From: Lama guanicoe
Lineage: Eukaryota
Assembly (NCBI GenBank): GCA_013239625.1
Contig: MU054187.1
Coordinates: 4,413,757 to 4,477,756, forward strand
Direction: 5' to 3'
Length of the DNA: 64,000 nucleotides
Part shown: piece after piece, positions 46,860 through 60,292 of the stretch
How positions within the stretch are numbered: the stretch's first letter is position 1
Layout of the letters: every line of letters starts with the position of its first letter
Position numbers and translations under genes: made by a program
The notes under the pieces: model-generated
The model's database searches: none
The model's input: the letters and a program-made list of their open reading frames with translations, nothing else
What the model was told of the DNA's origin: nothing

Positions 46860-48150
46860 GGGAATCTTTCAAGGTCAAATTTATACCTCTTAGGTGTGCA
46901 GTGTGGTAAGTTCTAACAATATGTGCACTTCTGTAACCACCCTAATAAAGTTACAGAACATTTCCATCACCCCAGCAAATTGTCTTTGGCCGATTTCTAG
47001 TCAGATCTCCCTTTTCACTCCCAGAAAAGAAAAAGTCGTCGTTCTGATTTCTGTCCCGTAAATTAGTCTTGCGCGTTTTTAAGTGTATGTGGATGGAATC
47101 ACGGGGTGAATACCGTCGGTGCTGGTTCCTTTCACCCAGTATCATGTCTTCAAGGTTCATGGTGTTTTGAGATTCGTCTTTGTCGTGTCAGTGGCTGAGC
47201 AGTATTTATTCCGTTGTGTGCATATACTGCAATTTGTTTATCTGTTCTATTAGCGGGCATGTGGATTGTTTCCAGTTGGGCATCTTGAATAAAGTTGCTG
47301 TGAACACTGTTGAGTAAGTCTTCCTGTGGGTACACGTTTTCCTCTGTCTTGGATGGAACCCTGAGTGGAGTTGCTGGATAACGGGGTCGGGGTCTGATTG
47401 ATTCAGGCTTTCCTGCTGGTGGCGTGTGAGCCTTCCGTTGGTTCCACATCCTTGCTAACACTTGCTACTGTCTTTTCATTTTCGGTGACTTGAGTGGCTA
47501 TGAAGTAGTGTCTTATTGCGGATTTGATTTATATTTTCCTCATGACTAACGACATTGACTGTCTTTCCGTGTACTGACAGGTCCCTTGTGGGTCTTCTTT
47601 TGCAAAATGTCTGTTCAGGTTTTTGTCCTTTGTTTAAGTTGGACTGTATGTCCTTTTGCTATTGGTTAGCAGTTCTTTATTTTTTCTGGCTAAGAGTCTT
47701 TTTTGAGATATCTGTGTGAGATACATTTTCTCCCATTTAGTGTTTGGCCGTTTCATTTTCTTCACAGTGTCTTCCATTGAGTAGAAGTTTTTAATGTTTT
47801 TAAAGACTATTTTGTCATTTTTTTTCTTTCACGGTTAAGTGTTTTTTGTGACTCTAGGAAATTTTTAGCTACTCCAAGCTTGCAAAAATATCCTCCTCTG
47901 TTTTCCTTTAGAAGCATTATAGTTTTAGTTTTTAACTTTTAGGTCTATGATCTATCTCAGGTTGATATTTTTGGTGGGAGGTAGAGGTCAAGGTTTACTG
48001 ATATCCAGTTGTTCTATTGTCATTGTTGAAAGGGCTCTTCATTCTCCACAGCATTGTCTGGGCTCCTTTGTTAACACCAGGTGTACATTTGTGGATCTAT
48101 TTCTGAGCTCTCCCGTCTGCTTCACTGATCTGCCTTGTTTATTATTAACA
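46860..48150 (-). mobile_element. Old L1M fragment (ORF2 end plus 3' UTR), ~1.3 kb
   Basis: tgtaaccaccct...acagaacatttccatcacccca...catgtggattgtttccagttgggg...gttccacatccttgctaacacttg...ttgagtagaagtttttaatg...ttttcctttagaagcattatagttttag. Confidence 0.9.
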
Positions 48151-51100
48151 CCACAGTGATGGAATTTCAGTGTCTTCATGGAACAGTTTCCCATCCTCTT
48201 CTGGGAGGAGGATACTTTCTTATCAGTGGGAACACAGGTCAGCCACCGTCTGGGTTCCTCACTGTGGTACATGTTATCCCCAAATGCGAAACGTCACCAA
48301 TACGTGACTCTGATGGGGATTTTGCTGGTGGAATGTGTTTTGCAGTCGGATGACCTCAGTTTGTTCAGATATGAACAATTTGGTGTAATACGTTCCATTT
48401 CATTGCAATTTAGGTCAGAGAGTAATGGCTGGGGGGGGGTATGAAGGCATGAAGCACAGACTGCAGAGCAGCCCCAAAACTAGGAAATCCGAAAGGACGC
48501 TAGGTTAACCGCAATTCCAATTAATGTCACACGACTGAGACTCACCAGTGTTGAAAACGAGTGCTTTAGTATTGCTGTCTCTTGCTTGCCGACAGAAGTT
48601 TTTTGTTTTGGGGGGTCTTTTGGTTTGTTTTCATCCTACCAAAAAGTACACTGCGTCAGTATCTTTTGGAAGGACAGAAATGAAGTTATTTTTCAAAAAG
48701 AAAAAATAATAGAAAAAAAATTCTGTGTAGGTTCCATTGCTGAAAATGAGGACGTTTGAAGAAAAGTGGTAGTTACAAATCAGAGAAGACCTTCCCTCCC
48801 TCTCCTTCGTCCCTTGGCCTGTCCCAGGCTGGGCTTTGGGGCAGGAGGCCCCTGGCCGTCTCTGTGGGACCCTGGCTTTCATCCGGAGCATCGCAAGGGC
48901 TTGGAGTACTGGTTCTCATCAGTTGGACCACCCGGCACTACCGATGGAGGAGCAAGGCCTGTAAGACTTTCTGTTTCCTACACCCAGAGAAGTCAGGATC
49001 CACTCTTTCACGTGGACAAGCTGCACCCATTGTAGTCAAGATGAAATTAGCCAAGAACCACCCACTTCTCCCCCAGCCCCAATGCTCAGGATAATGGAAT
49101 GCCAGGTACCATCATTTTTAGAGCCTGGTACTGACTTGCATCACTTGTTCAAGTTATTTTCGTTCTTAAACAGCACTAAAAACAGGTGCGAAGATTACGC
49201 TTACCCTTTGGGGGAAGATGACTAAAATTTCAAAAGCTTCTCTAGTCTCTGAAAGGTGCCAGATACCATCAAGATATCAGGTGGGCAGTTCCTGTCGCTT
49301 TACACTCACCTGTCAGGCGCTTTGCGCCATTTATTCCTATTGCAGAACGTTTCTATGCTATTAATTTAAAAGCCTTCTATGTAATTTAGCACAAAAAGCC
49401 TGCTTATGTAGGCTTGACTTGGACTTTGTCATAAAAAAAATTCATCCTGGGCTCTTCCACATAAGAGGAATTTAGACTCCCCTCTCCGGTGGACGACCTG
49501 CCCTGCCATGGAATTAAAATAGCTTTGCCCTGAATGGGAGCATTGACTTGGCAAAGATCAGGAGCAGTCGTTCAAGAGGCATGTAATCAAATACTTGAAA
49601 TTTAAATTGGCTTACAACCTGACTTTGAAAATAAAGTAAAAGAGAAGCCCAAGAAAGTTTCCTTAAGGTGAATTAATGGCCTTCAGATCACTTCCAGTTT
49701 GAAAGCTAATAACACACACGATAAAAGTCACATGCAGTGGAGCTTATCTTCCCCATGTGCTGCTCTGCCTGATACACTGATACTGGGCTTAGAAAAGGTG
49801 CCCTGCATAGACGGAGCCCACATCTGCCGGAATGACTTTCAAACATCACGAGATTTACAGACTGTTTCAGTGCCGCTTGGAAGAACAACGTCTTTCTCAT
49901 TGGGTCCATAAAACGTATATTGTTAACCCAAGAAAGAACCTGAAATACGTGACACAGATATTCTTCTTTATTTAGAAACTATTCTGATGTTCATATTTTC
50001 AAAGGAATCTTTCTCTTTGAATAACATCTTCCTTGTTCTTGAAGGACGTGGTGTTTTTGTTCAGCTCAGATCACTGAGTGGTAAACTCTTGAGGAGAATA
50101 ACACTTGTTAGATGAAAAGGGTTTCCTAATTATTGTTGCTGCCTCTAACAGGGTCGCATAATGAAAAATCGTTTGTTTGCTGTAAAAGAGAACGGAGAAA
50201 AGGATGTCTGCAGATGAAAAAAGAAACAGGAGAGATATGGGGAATCCAGATTCAGAAAACTACTTACCATTTATGAAAAACTTAACATTCACAAAAGAAA
50301 CTGGAGGGTGATTATTTTCAGTAGGAAAAGCTTTCCAGGTAATTACACACTTAACAGTATCGATGGAACAGAGCTCTGTTTGCTTCAAGGCAAATTTCTT
50401 GTGAAACAAACCCCATTTGCACATTAATTTCTATTGTAGAACTTAAAAAAATTGGTCCCTCAATATAATAAAATTACCTTTAAAATATACACATATGAAT
50501 GGAAATACCTTTCTAACAAAACCTTGGAATCGTTTTCTGTTAATGATGCTGCGCTGTGGTTCACGAGGCTTTTTAAAGTGTGGAAGTAAAAAGAGCGTAA
50601 GGCAGACACCCTGAAAGGTGATCACGTTGCTTCCCCTGATCTTAAACTCTGTTCCCACTCAGAGGTGACAATCCATGAGCTTCAGAAACTTGCCAAGGTT
50701 CCAGTCACCCTTCACTCATGCTAATGTTTCTGACTTGCTGTCCTAAGAAATGATTTTCCTTTTCCTCCATCGCTTGAATGTCCTTGCTTCTTTCCAGGCA
50801 TTTGAACCTGGACGTATCTTTTAAGTGCATAGGAGGGCCTTTGGATGAAAGTAGAGAATTACCCAAGTAACCAAGGATGGGGCTGTCTAAGCTGTGCTTG
50901 GCGGTGCCGACAGAGGCCCTAGTGCTTGAGAAGAATCAGCAGACTGACTGACAGTCCAGGCTGAACTTTTGGTTCCCACTCCTAATGGTCTGACTTATGG
51001 CTGGGAATGATTAGAACGTTAAAATCAGCTTTGCTGAGGCTGCCGCTTACTAGCTGGGTCACAAAGCAGGGCCATGTCGTGTAGACCGCCTGGGGCCAGA

Positions 51101-51622
51101 GCCCAGGTCCTAGCTGGGCAGCAGGAATCTCCAAGCCTCAGGTTTTAGTGGGGCCACTCGATAAAAACTTGTTACCCATAGTGTTTGTCTTTTCCCTGGG
51201 TGGGACTGGGGGAAAGTGCAAAGGTTTAATTAAAAATGTATGTTCAGCGTTAGGAATAGCACAGTAGAAAAATTCAACAATTCAGATCAGTTGACCACGC
51301 AGAGATAAAAACTATTCACATTGTGGCATCTGCCCCTGGACTTTTTCTCTGTAGATACTCCCAGAGATATGTGTGTATGTCCCCAGAGAGAGAATTCTAA
51401 CAAAAATGGAATTATAATATACATTGACTTGTGACTCTTACTTAATATTCAGCTATACTTCCATTTAATATTCTTCTGTCATATCACTTCTAAAGGTGAC
51501 ATACTGTTCCATTAATTTTATTTGCACACCATCATTTATGGAATGGCTCTTGTTGAATAAGATTTTGTTTTCTTTCTTTCTGTTTTTGCTTTGTAAAGGA
51601 TTTTGTGATAAATACTTTAGTT

Positions 51623-51633
51623 GTATATGTATA

Positions 51634-51670
<37 letters not shown>
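51623..51670 (+). repeat. (TG)/(TA)n microsatellite, within a probable L1ME remnant (~51230-51810)
   Basis: Microsatellite directly visible; flanking L1ME assignment tentative. Confidence 0.85.
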
Positions 51671-51676
<6 letters not shown>

Positions 51677-52079
51677 TGTATCCTCAATCATTTCTACTTT
51701 AGCACATGATTCCAACTCTTTCCTTAGGATGATTTTCCCAAAGTAAATGGCCAGGGATAAAGGTATAGACATTTGCAAAATTTTCAAGGAGTTTTTCTAA
51801 ATTGCCCCAGGAAAAAAAAAAAAAGGTCATGCTTCTATAAGTTTCAGAATGTCTAGATGTTATTAACAAACTTCACAGTGTAGTGTTTTCTCTCTGGATT
51901 GTACTCAGGGCATGATTTTATATTTTTATTACATAGTTGTTTTTCTGGAGAGAGTCGTTTTTCTAATTACTTTAATTTCATTTGGCCTGGAGGTTTTAAT
52001 TTTGCCATCAGTCAAGTGGGGAGAACTTAGATAATGCTGACAAAATGCTGGGCATTCCCTGAATGCTTTCTGGGTGTAT

Positions 52080-52200
52080 AAACTCATTTAATTACACAAC
52101 ATCCTCATACTCATGTTACAGATGAGAAAATTCAAGCATAAGGAAGTTAAGTTACTTGCCCAAGTCACCAGCTGGAAGGTGGCTAGACTGGGATGAGATA
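52080..52200 (-). mobile_element. MIR SINE
   Basis: ctcatttaattacacaac...gttacagatgagaaaattcaagcataaggaagttaagttacttgcccaagtcaccagctggaaggtggc. Confidence 0.85.
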
Positions 52201-53539
52201 GAAAGGAGTAGAAGGTGAGAAGTATATAATAATACAGTCTAGCAACGTAATTTCTCCCAAGGAGTATCTTCAGGGTATAACCTCCCAAGGTTTGATGAGA
52301 CCCTTTTCATGACAGCTATTCTTTGGCCTCTACTGACTCTAAAAGTTTCGGAAACACCTCTGATGAATATAACACCAAATTATGTTCTGTAGTTACATCT
52401 TTGTTTGGATAAAAGTCTAATCTTTCAAAGTTAGTAATGCTAAAACATAATTATGATCCTTCATGCCATGCATACTTGAAGTTCTTCCATGAAGCTTTTG
52501 CTTAAAATAGCAGCGTGAGTTACTCATGCAAGATTATGTGCCTTGGTTTTGGACACTACGTATAGGGTTGCCTTCAGGAACTGGTACTGGTGCTTTACAG
52601 AACTATTCACAACTACAGGGAACTTCATTTAACTGAAATGCGTAGGCATTTCAGGAGACAGAGCTGAAATTTAGGACATTAATCCGCTTACTGTAATTTA
52701 AGCTTTTGTGGGACTTATCCCATGGTCCACGGAGAGAGTCCAGTCCTGGGTCCCTTTGGTAGCACAGAGATTGTTGATGAGGTAAACACTTCTGCATCCT
52801 GGAACATGCCTGGCAGTGTTCAGAAAACGTGGTATGATTTGAGGACAGACAGGAAGCTAATAAGTTCAGGACGACTTCTGCCTAATTTATAGCTCTTTGT
52901 CAATAATAATAGCTAAGCATTATGATGAAGATATCTAATTATTAGATTATAGTACTTAATTGTCTATCAAATTATTTAATAATATTTAATAGTATCTGAT
53001 TTTATACCCCTAGATTATAACAACTCATTATTTTATGTGTAGAAATCAACATGGTGTTAGTGAGGAGCAAAATTGGAACCAGTTGAGTCCAGAGTTTTGC
53101 AAATGCAACCACCTCGGACCAACTTCTTTCTCTCTAAAATGAGAATAATAGTAACGTCGCCCTGTTGGCCTCTGGGCGGGGGAGAAGGATGCGTGGTCCT
53201 AAAGCAGAATGTGACTGTGAAATTTCCTTGTCAATGTGAAAACCAGTTCAGGTGTAATCACTAGCATTCTTTTATCTGCGTCTTTCCCTGGCTTGGTGGG
53301 TCCATGTCCTCACCCCAGCACAGCGCTTGACAAATGCCAGGAGATAATAAATACCTGTTAAACGTCCTTATGAGGAGATGGCAGAAGAGCCTGGCTAACA
53401 AGGAGCCCGTTTGAGAACCGAGTGCGTTGCAGGCCCCAGCGTAAGCGTAATTGGAACTGCTCACCGTCAGGTGTTGTCATGTGACTGGCAGCCTCCTCAG
53501 CGCTTTCCACGCCAGTGCATGTTTGGTCATCACAGAACC

Positions 53540-53705
53540 TCAGGAAGAAAGTTCTGCCGGTCAGTTTTCTTGCCAGGTGAGGACAGTTGAGACCCACATG
53601 AGGGTCAGTGACTTGGCCGCGTTGACAGTGCCCTTGGGTGTTGGAGCCACATGCCACAGTCTGATTCCGGACGTGCCCGACTGCAGAGCCGTCCACCTCC
53701 AGACC
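53540..53705 (-). mobile_element. MIR SINE (GC-shifted)
   Basis: ttgccaggtgaggacagttgagacccacatgagggtcagtgacttggccgcg...gtgcccgactgcagagccgtccacctc. Confidence 0.65.
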
Positions 53706-56199
53706 CTCCTCCTTAGCACACTGGGGGCTGCATTTGTGAACGAGAACCCCGAGATGCAGGGTTTCTTCATCTGATGGTTCACGAGGCAGAGAAGTGTGCT
53801 TTTTGCATTTGGATTTCAGAGCCTTTTTATGTTAGCCGAGTCATTTCGTTTCGTAGCTGTTTGGAGATGAGTCCTTTCCGCGCTGCCACGTGCCTTCTTC
53901 CCCGTCAGCCTGTGCAGAAGCACGTCTGCGGGTTTGTCTTCATTTGGACCACGTTAGGCTTGACACTGCAGGTTCAGGAGTCCTCCTCCAGGGCAGGAAT
54001 CGTATGTGCTGCTTTAAACAGTTAGCACGGTATAAGGAGGGGGTGACGACTTGGGGTAGGAGGGCGGGGTCTGGCCGGGTGGGTTTAGGGGTGAGGTGTG
54101 GGCTGGGCAGACCCCAGGCAGGCCTCCCTGGCCGGCTAGTGTTGTGGGCACTTGGCCTTCCGCAGCGTGCTAGAGGTTAGGAGGAGGGTAAGGGGACAGT
54201 GAAGTTGTCTGTGTGACTCTTTTTGAGGGTCAGTCCCACACCTAAGAAATTCTTTTTTTCCTCTTTTTCCACCACGTGAATTTTGGCTTCAAGGCCTGAG
54301 AAGCCAGTCAGTTCTCACCTAAACAGGCATTCCCGGCTAATCCCAGTGCAATATTGACCTATGATAAAGCCGTTTCAAAGTCTAAAGTCCTGCCCGCAGT
54401 GGTCCATTGGGCGGGCTGGGATGACAAATGGCCTGAGAGCTGGGATCACATAGGGCCTCTTATATCTGTTATAGAGGCATATGGCAGGAAGGAGGTCCAA
54501 GGAAATGGGGTGAAGGGGAGCCGGGAGACAGTCCATCCAGACACTGTCGTGGGGTGCTGCTGACTTGCGCAGTCCAGCCGTGCCAGGTGCTTGGGTCCCA
54601 AAAGGCCCCTCCACAAGGATGTGTGAGCTGGCCTGGATTCGCAGCTTAGAGGTAAACACAGTGTATTTCAGGCCACTGGACAGATAGCCAGTGCTTCACA
54701 ACTCAGCGTGGTAGCAGCTGCTAGCCAGTCGAAGCAAGCCTTGTGACAGAGTGTCTTCCAAGCCGGCCTCCCCCAGACTCATCAGTCCTTGGTCTCATTG
54801 TCCCCTAGCCTTCCAGCTCGCTTCATCACTACTAGAAAATGTGAATCACTAGGAGAAAAAAGTGGAAACAAAAAAGATGATGGTGTGGGCCAGGCTTTGA
54901 GAAGACGCTACCAGATGCTCACCTGGATTGTACACCGAGCCCCTAAACTGGCAAGATGGTCGTCCAGGCGGAACCCCGTCCTGCCCTGGAACAGACTCAC
55001 ATGGTGGTGCCCCGAGTGAGGCCCTGCTCGGGCAGTGGAGTCACATCCTGGTAACCAGGGCGGGACACTGAGCATCTGAAAGGAGATGGGGATGAGGGCT
55101 ACGCCTGCCTGGGGAGCAGCAGGACTCATGCCCAGAAGCCCGATTCAGCCTCTCCCAGCCCAGCCGCGCACAGTGCAACTGCTCTGAGCTCCACATATGC
55201 CACATTCTTTAAAAAAAAAAAAAAGTGGATGGATGTGTGGGTGTTATGAACAGAGAAAGAAGGGACACCGAATGCCCAGATGGGTTCTCATCAGTTGTCC
55301 TGTCCCAGTGGCCAGAGGCGACTGTCACAGCCTGAGTGTTCTCTTCTCATCCAAACTGGAGCGGGGTTGGTGGAGGGGCTGGAGCCCCTCGCTTGGGCTG
55401 AGGGAGCTGATTGTCAGCATCTCTGCCCAGTTCTATGCCAAGTGACTTCCCGTTGGTGGCCTGAAATATCAGTGGAAATGCCACAAGCTGTTTGTACCGA
55501 CACTCGCCAGCCCACCCCTCTTCACGTGGGCTGGGGTCTGTGGACCATCCTGGACTGCTGGTCCCTCCTCCCGCCTCCGCAGGGCTGGGGGTGGACAGTG
55601 CGCTTGTTCACAGCCAGCAGGAGGGACATCAGACCTGGTGGCCCAGCCTCCGACCAGGTCTCCTCAGAGCAGAAACAGGTCCCCTGGGCCCCTTTCAGCA
55701 AGGTCGAGTTTGACACACAACCCAAACAGAGCCAGTTCTGATTGAAATATTCTGACCAGGCTAAAGTTATCTTGGAGCCATGGGCTTAAACAGAACTGCT
55801 TTTAGTACGTGAACCCTGATTTCTTTTCCAAGGGAAGAAAGCTGTACAGCACTCCCTGTGGGCGTTCTTGAGCCCCAGGCTCTCCTCTCCGGGTCCTCCA
55901 CGGTGAGAGGGTCAAAACACAGCTCAAGCCCATTTGGCGAGGGAAGCGCTTCTGTGATGACCGTGAGCTCCTCCTTGCCCTGTGCCGCCAGTGGGAAGCA
56001 AGCACGCTTTCATTCCATGAGCAGAGAAGGGTGAGCGAGGGTCCGACTCGGAGGATAACGCTAAAGGAGAGACGGAAGGAGCGTCTCACGTCTGACTTCC
56101 ACCTCCTCCTCCTGCATGTGTGCCACTTGCAGCTGTGCCTCCACCTCCCTCCTGCGTCCGCTGGCCCCGCCCACCCCTCCAGGACTTCACAGCCCTCTC

Positions 56200-56456
56200 C
56201 ATCCCCAGCCACCCTCGTGCCAAAAGCCTCCTTCAGCCACAGACCAGGCTCCCTGCCCCGACTTGGGTGCTTTCACAGCACTCTGACCCCTATCATAATC
56301 ACCCCTTTGTTGATGCATCACTTATGTATCTCCTTCATTAGGATAGAAGCTCCTTTGAGAACAGGGGACCCAGCCCCTCCCCGCAGCATCTCCAGTGTCC
56401 AGCATGGTCCTTCCATGGAGTTGGTGCCCAAACGATTCATTGAGTGAATGAATGAG
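56200..56456 (+). mobile_element. L2 3' end
   Basis: aggatagaagctcctttgagaacagggg...catctccagtgtccagcatggtcctt...gtgcccaaacgattcattgagtgaatgaatgag. Confidence 0.85.
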
Positions 56457-57959
56457 TTTTCAGAATCAAGACTGAGTTGACTGAAGTTCAAAGAAGTGCT
56501 CATTCCGGCGGTTAAAAAATATCTAAGCTCCCCTAGCAGGGTACCAATGGCAAGGGTTAGCAATGAACTGTTACTCAGTTTCAAAGTAATATATGGGCTC
56601 TCAACATGTCGAAAGGTAAGACCCAAGAAAGGACAGTTGCTTTTCCCTTACAAAGTGTCTGATACAAAACAGGCATGAGACAAATTAATCAAACAGCTTT
56701 TTTAAAGTGTGGTTTTTTTTTTTTGAGCCGCAGCCTGTTAAATGAAGAGGGAGAAAGAGCTGCCGGCATTTCCTAGATGAATGCCTGCAAGTCCTCCCGG
56801 TCTGTACCCTGGCAGCCTCCAGGGAGCTAGGTGTGCCTTAGGTCAAATCACTGAAGCCAATTTCTCCTGGAGTTTTTGTTCCTGATCATGGCGATTGCGC
56901 TTTGATAACCCACATGGACGCTGCTCCAAGGTAGCAGATGTGCCCGGCATGTTAGGAGATCTGTCTCCAGCATCTTTTCTCCCAGTTTGTGTCTGGGTCT
57001 CCACTTCTACGAAATTTTGCACTCTTGGATGGATAGACCGTATGTTTCTGTGCTTTCCCCTGTTTGGGGGCCACACTGTTCCTTCCCTGAGTTTCTTTCC
57101 CCCACAGTTTGTGGTACACAAAGATTGAAGGATGGAGAATGCCCCTTCCTCAGTGTTTCTTGTCCATGGCTATGTATTAATCCCTGGGAACATTTGGATC
57201 CTCGGAGCAAATCATAACACCTTTTGAGCATGCCAGCTTTTTGCAGATTTTTCAAAGCAAAACCAAAGCAAAGCAAAACTACAGAAATGAGAAGTTTGCG
57301 TGTTATCCTTGGATTGGAACCTGACTGGTAGAACATACCAGTTTGGAGGAATTACAGAAGAGAAGTTGAACAGGTTAAAAGATTTCATTAATATTACGGA
57401 AGGACTATTAATTTTGTAGAACATATTGAGAGGAAGGAAATGACTTCAAGGGAAAAATATATAAGCTGGCCACAGAGACAAAAGTCGCATTTGACCAGCA
57501 GACCTCTCCCATTCCCCTTTTCACATAAATTTGTCATCAAAGTTTAATCAAACTCCTCAGTACAGATGTTCCTCAATTTATATTCCATAGAAGACACGTT
57601 TTCAAATGTATATCATTTAATCGCTACTGCAAATCATGAATGGAAGGTAATTATATAAACCCAATTTCCTGAAAATTCCCATTAAGTTTGGTCCATGTGG
57701 AATCCACTGAAATTGGTGACTAATACACATCCAGAATGAAGCAGGTGAAATAGTCTTTTGTTACCACAGTGAGCACCAGTAACCGTTCTGTACGTTTCAT
57801 CCAGTCTGCCACTGACTTGTCACCATTCATTACTTCTAACTGGCGTTCCTGACCAAGCTGTGGACGGGAGAAGTTTAGACACTTCTTTTCTGAGTAGTCT
57901 AAGACCAGAGAAGAAGGGAGACACCATGCATGGTGTTGTGGAAAGATCGCTGCTGTTAG

Positions 57960-58165
57960 TAATTGTTTGATTTAGAGCTCACTCCGTGCCAGGCCCACAC
58001 TGAGTGCTACACGCCTGCACCTCACTGGCAGTGATTCTGCAAAGTGCAGTGTGGCCTCTGAGACGCAGAGAAACCCAGTCACTTGCCCCAAGTCACACGG
58101 GCGGGAGTAGCTGGTACAGAACTTAAGCCCAGGCCTCCTGGCTGTGGGAATGCATGTTTCCTCCT
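57960..58165 (-). mobile_element. MIR SINE
   Basis: tttagagctcactccgtgccaggcccacactgagtgc...ctgagacgcagagaaacccagtcacttgccccaagtcacacgg...aacttaagcccagg. Confidence 0.8.
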
Positions 58166-60246
58166 GCGCCTCTCACAGGATTTGGCTTCTAGAACTATGT
58201 TTACCATTAAATGGCGCAGGGAGCAGATTTCCTTAATTTGTCCTTTTATAACGACTTCTGATGCTCCTTTTCCAGCTCTTGTACGTCTGAATCACTGCTG
58301 ATCACTGTGGTCAAGATTACAATTTTTCACACCTCGATTGGTCCGTTTCCACGATGGATGGAAATGTGCATGGCCTTTCAAACTGTGCTGAGAGACTAAT
58401 TAGCACTTTCAGACAATACGTGGCGAAATGCTAATCAGAGGCAATAAAGCACAACTCAGATTTTATCGCTCTCCCACTGATGTCTTCCTGCCATCGACTT
58501 CATTATTTATTCCTTGGTGCTGGAATCTGCTAAGTTTAAGGAAGCTGGTCTTACCGTACATTGATTTAACCACTCTTTGTTTCATTAGATTGGAAGGAAA
58601 GCAAGAATGCACTTTAAAAATCACTTACAGTTTATAAGGTGACACATTAATCCTCAAAATGACAGGAAATCAAGATGATTTTGTCTGCGGGGTTTAATTT
58701 ATTAAAATTTAATTTGCTTGTGTGCTTTGCTCCAATCGCTCTGTGCTAGCAAACTGGCTATAATTAGATTAGCAGCCTGCTCGATGCTGGTGACAGCCTG
58801 CGCCTCAGAGAGCATGTGCCGGGTCCTGCCTGGGCCGCTGCTCATTGGTTGCCAGCCTCGCTGCTCGCCAGTTTGATAGGTTTCCACAGGACTCTTTATG
58901 CTGCATCGGAGACACAGATACAGAGATTCTCCGCTGTGCTCTTGCAAGGGTGGAGGTGCTTCGCTGGTAGGAGGAATAAGGAGGAATAAGGCCCCGAGGA
59001 GAAGGCGTTCGTCTTTGTTGTGAGAGCAGGGCAGTTGCCAGAGGTCGGGGAAGAAGTTTCAGTTCACGGTAATTACTCTGAGCCTTTCTCTCACAGAGAA
59101 AACACCGCTGTGCATGAAATGAAGCGTGCTCGTCCTGTCATCTGTTTAATTTGATCTTGCTTTTGTTAATATTGTGTGTATTCCAGCGCTCCATCTAAGA
59201 TATGTTCTCCCAGAGAAGGGCTTGGCTCATAAACAGGCACCCTCTTCATGCAGGAATAGTGTTTTTACCTGGATTCCAGAGGGCATGTGCTGGGGAGCGA
59301 TTCTTATTGGCTCGCTGCTGTTTTGGAAAGCCCGAGGCTGCATCGATGTAGGTGTCTTTGGAGGTGCATTTCAGTACCGGGTCGACTTTGTTTGCCTGGG
59401 GTCCGGACCCTTCTGAATAATGAGCAATGGGGGAAGAGTTCAGAGAAACACACTTTAATGCGGACAGAGCAGTGGCTCTCCCGGTGTCAGGGCAGGGCCT
59501 CGGCAGAAGTAATGTCTATTGTTTCTTCAAAGATGTGTGCAGCCTTCATTTTGGATGGTTCTCTTTGTTTCACTGTCTCTAGTTTTCATTAAGCCCTTTC
59601 CACGTAGAGGATGTTAGCACATCCTGTTCTGCCAGAAACACTCCTAGGTGTGTGTGCGGCCTGTGCCGGGGAGGATTTTTGACCTGGGCTTTCTTTAACA
59701 GGAATATTGCTTTGGGAGTTGGAATCACAAGAAGGTGGGGTTCTTACCACTTTGACTGATGTCTGGACAACATTTTAAAATTTCTGTTAATGGTTGCCTG
59801 GATTATTTTCCGAATCAAACAATAAATAATCTTAAATTCTGTAATCAAGATGATATACATTCCGAAGGAAAAAATACTTACACAATCAAGGCTGAGCTTA
59901 AAGAAATGCAGACAAATGGAGTGTGAGTTTCGCTTCTCGGCGTCCCTTCTCCAGGGAGTTCTGTTTTATTCTGCCGGAGCCCCCGGCCGCCATCTAGTCC
60001 TCAAACTTAAAAATTGATACCCTTACTGTATCAGATGGTGGAGACCACAGAAACCTGTGTATTGAGTCACCAGTCACACGGCTGGCTGGCTGCCACCATG
60101 CGTCTGGGATCGGTGGAGAGCCCTGCTGATCTCCGAAAGCCATCAGGAATTATTCCCTGCTCCTGAAAAGCCAGACGTTGCCATTTCAGAATTTGGTTAA
60201 AATAACTGCTTTGCTTTAAAACTCTAATCCGATTAAAGGGGTTCCG

Positions 60247-60292
60247 TGTGTTCTTTGGTAGAGGAAAAAATGTGTTCTTTGGTAGAGGAAAA
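60247..60292 (+). repeat. 22-bp direct repeat with 2-nt spacer
   Basis: tgtgttctttggtagaggaaaa at 60247-60268 and 60271-60292. Confidence 0.95.

Noticed and set aside
60247..60292. 22-bp direct repeat around AA as an abortive retrotransposition TSD
   Set aside because: The ends do not fit the L1 endonuclease TTTT/AA geometry; a simple tandem duplication is more parsimonious.
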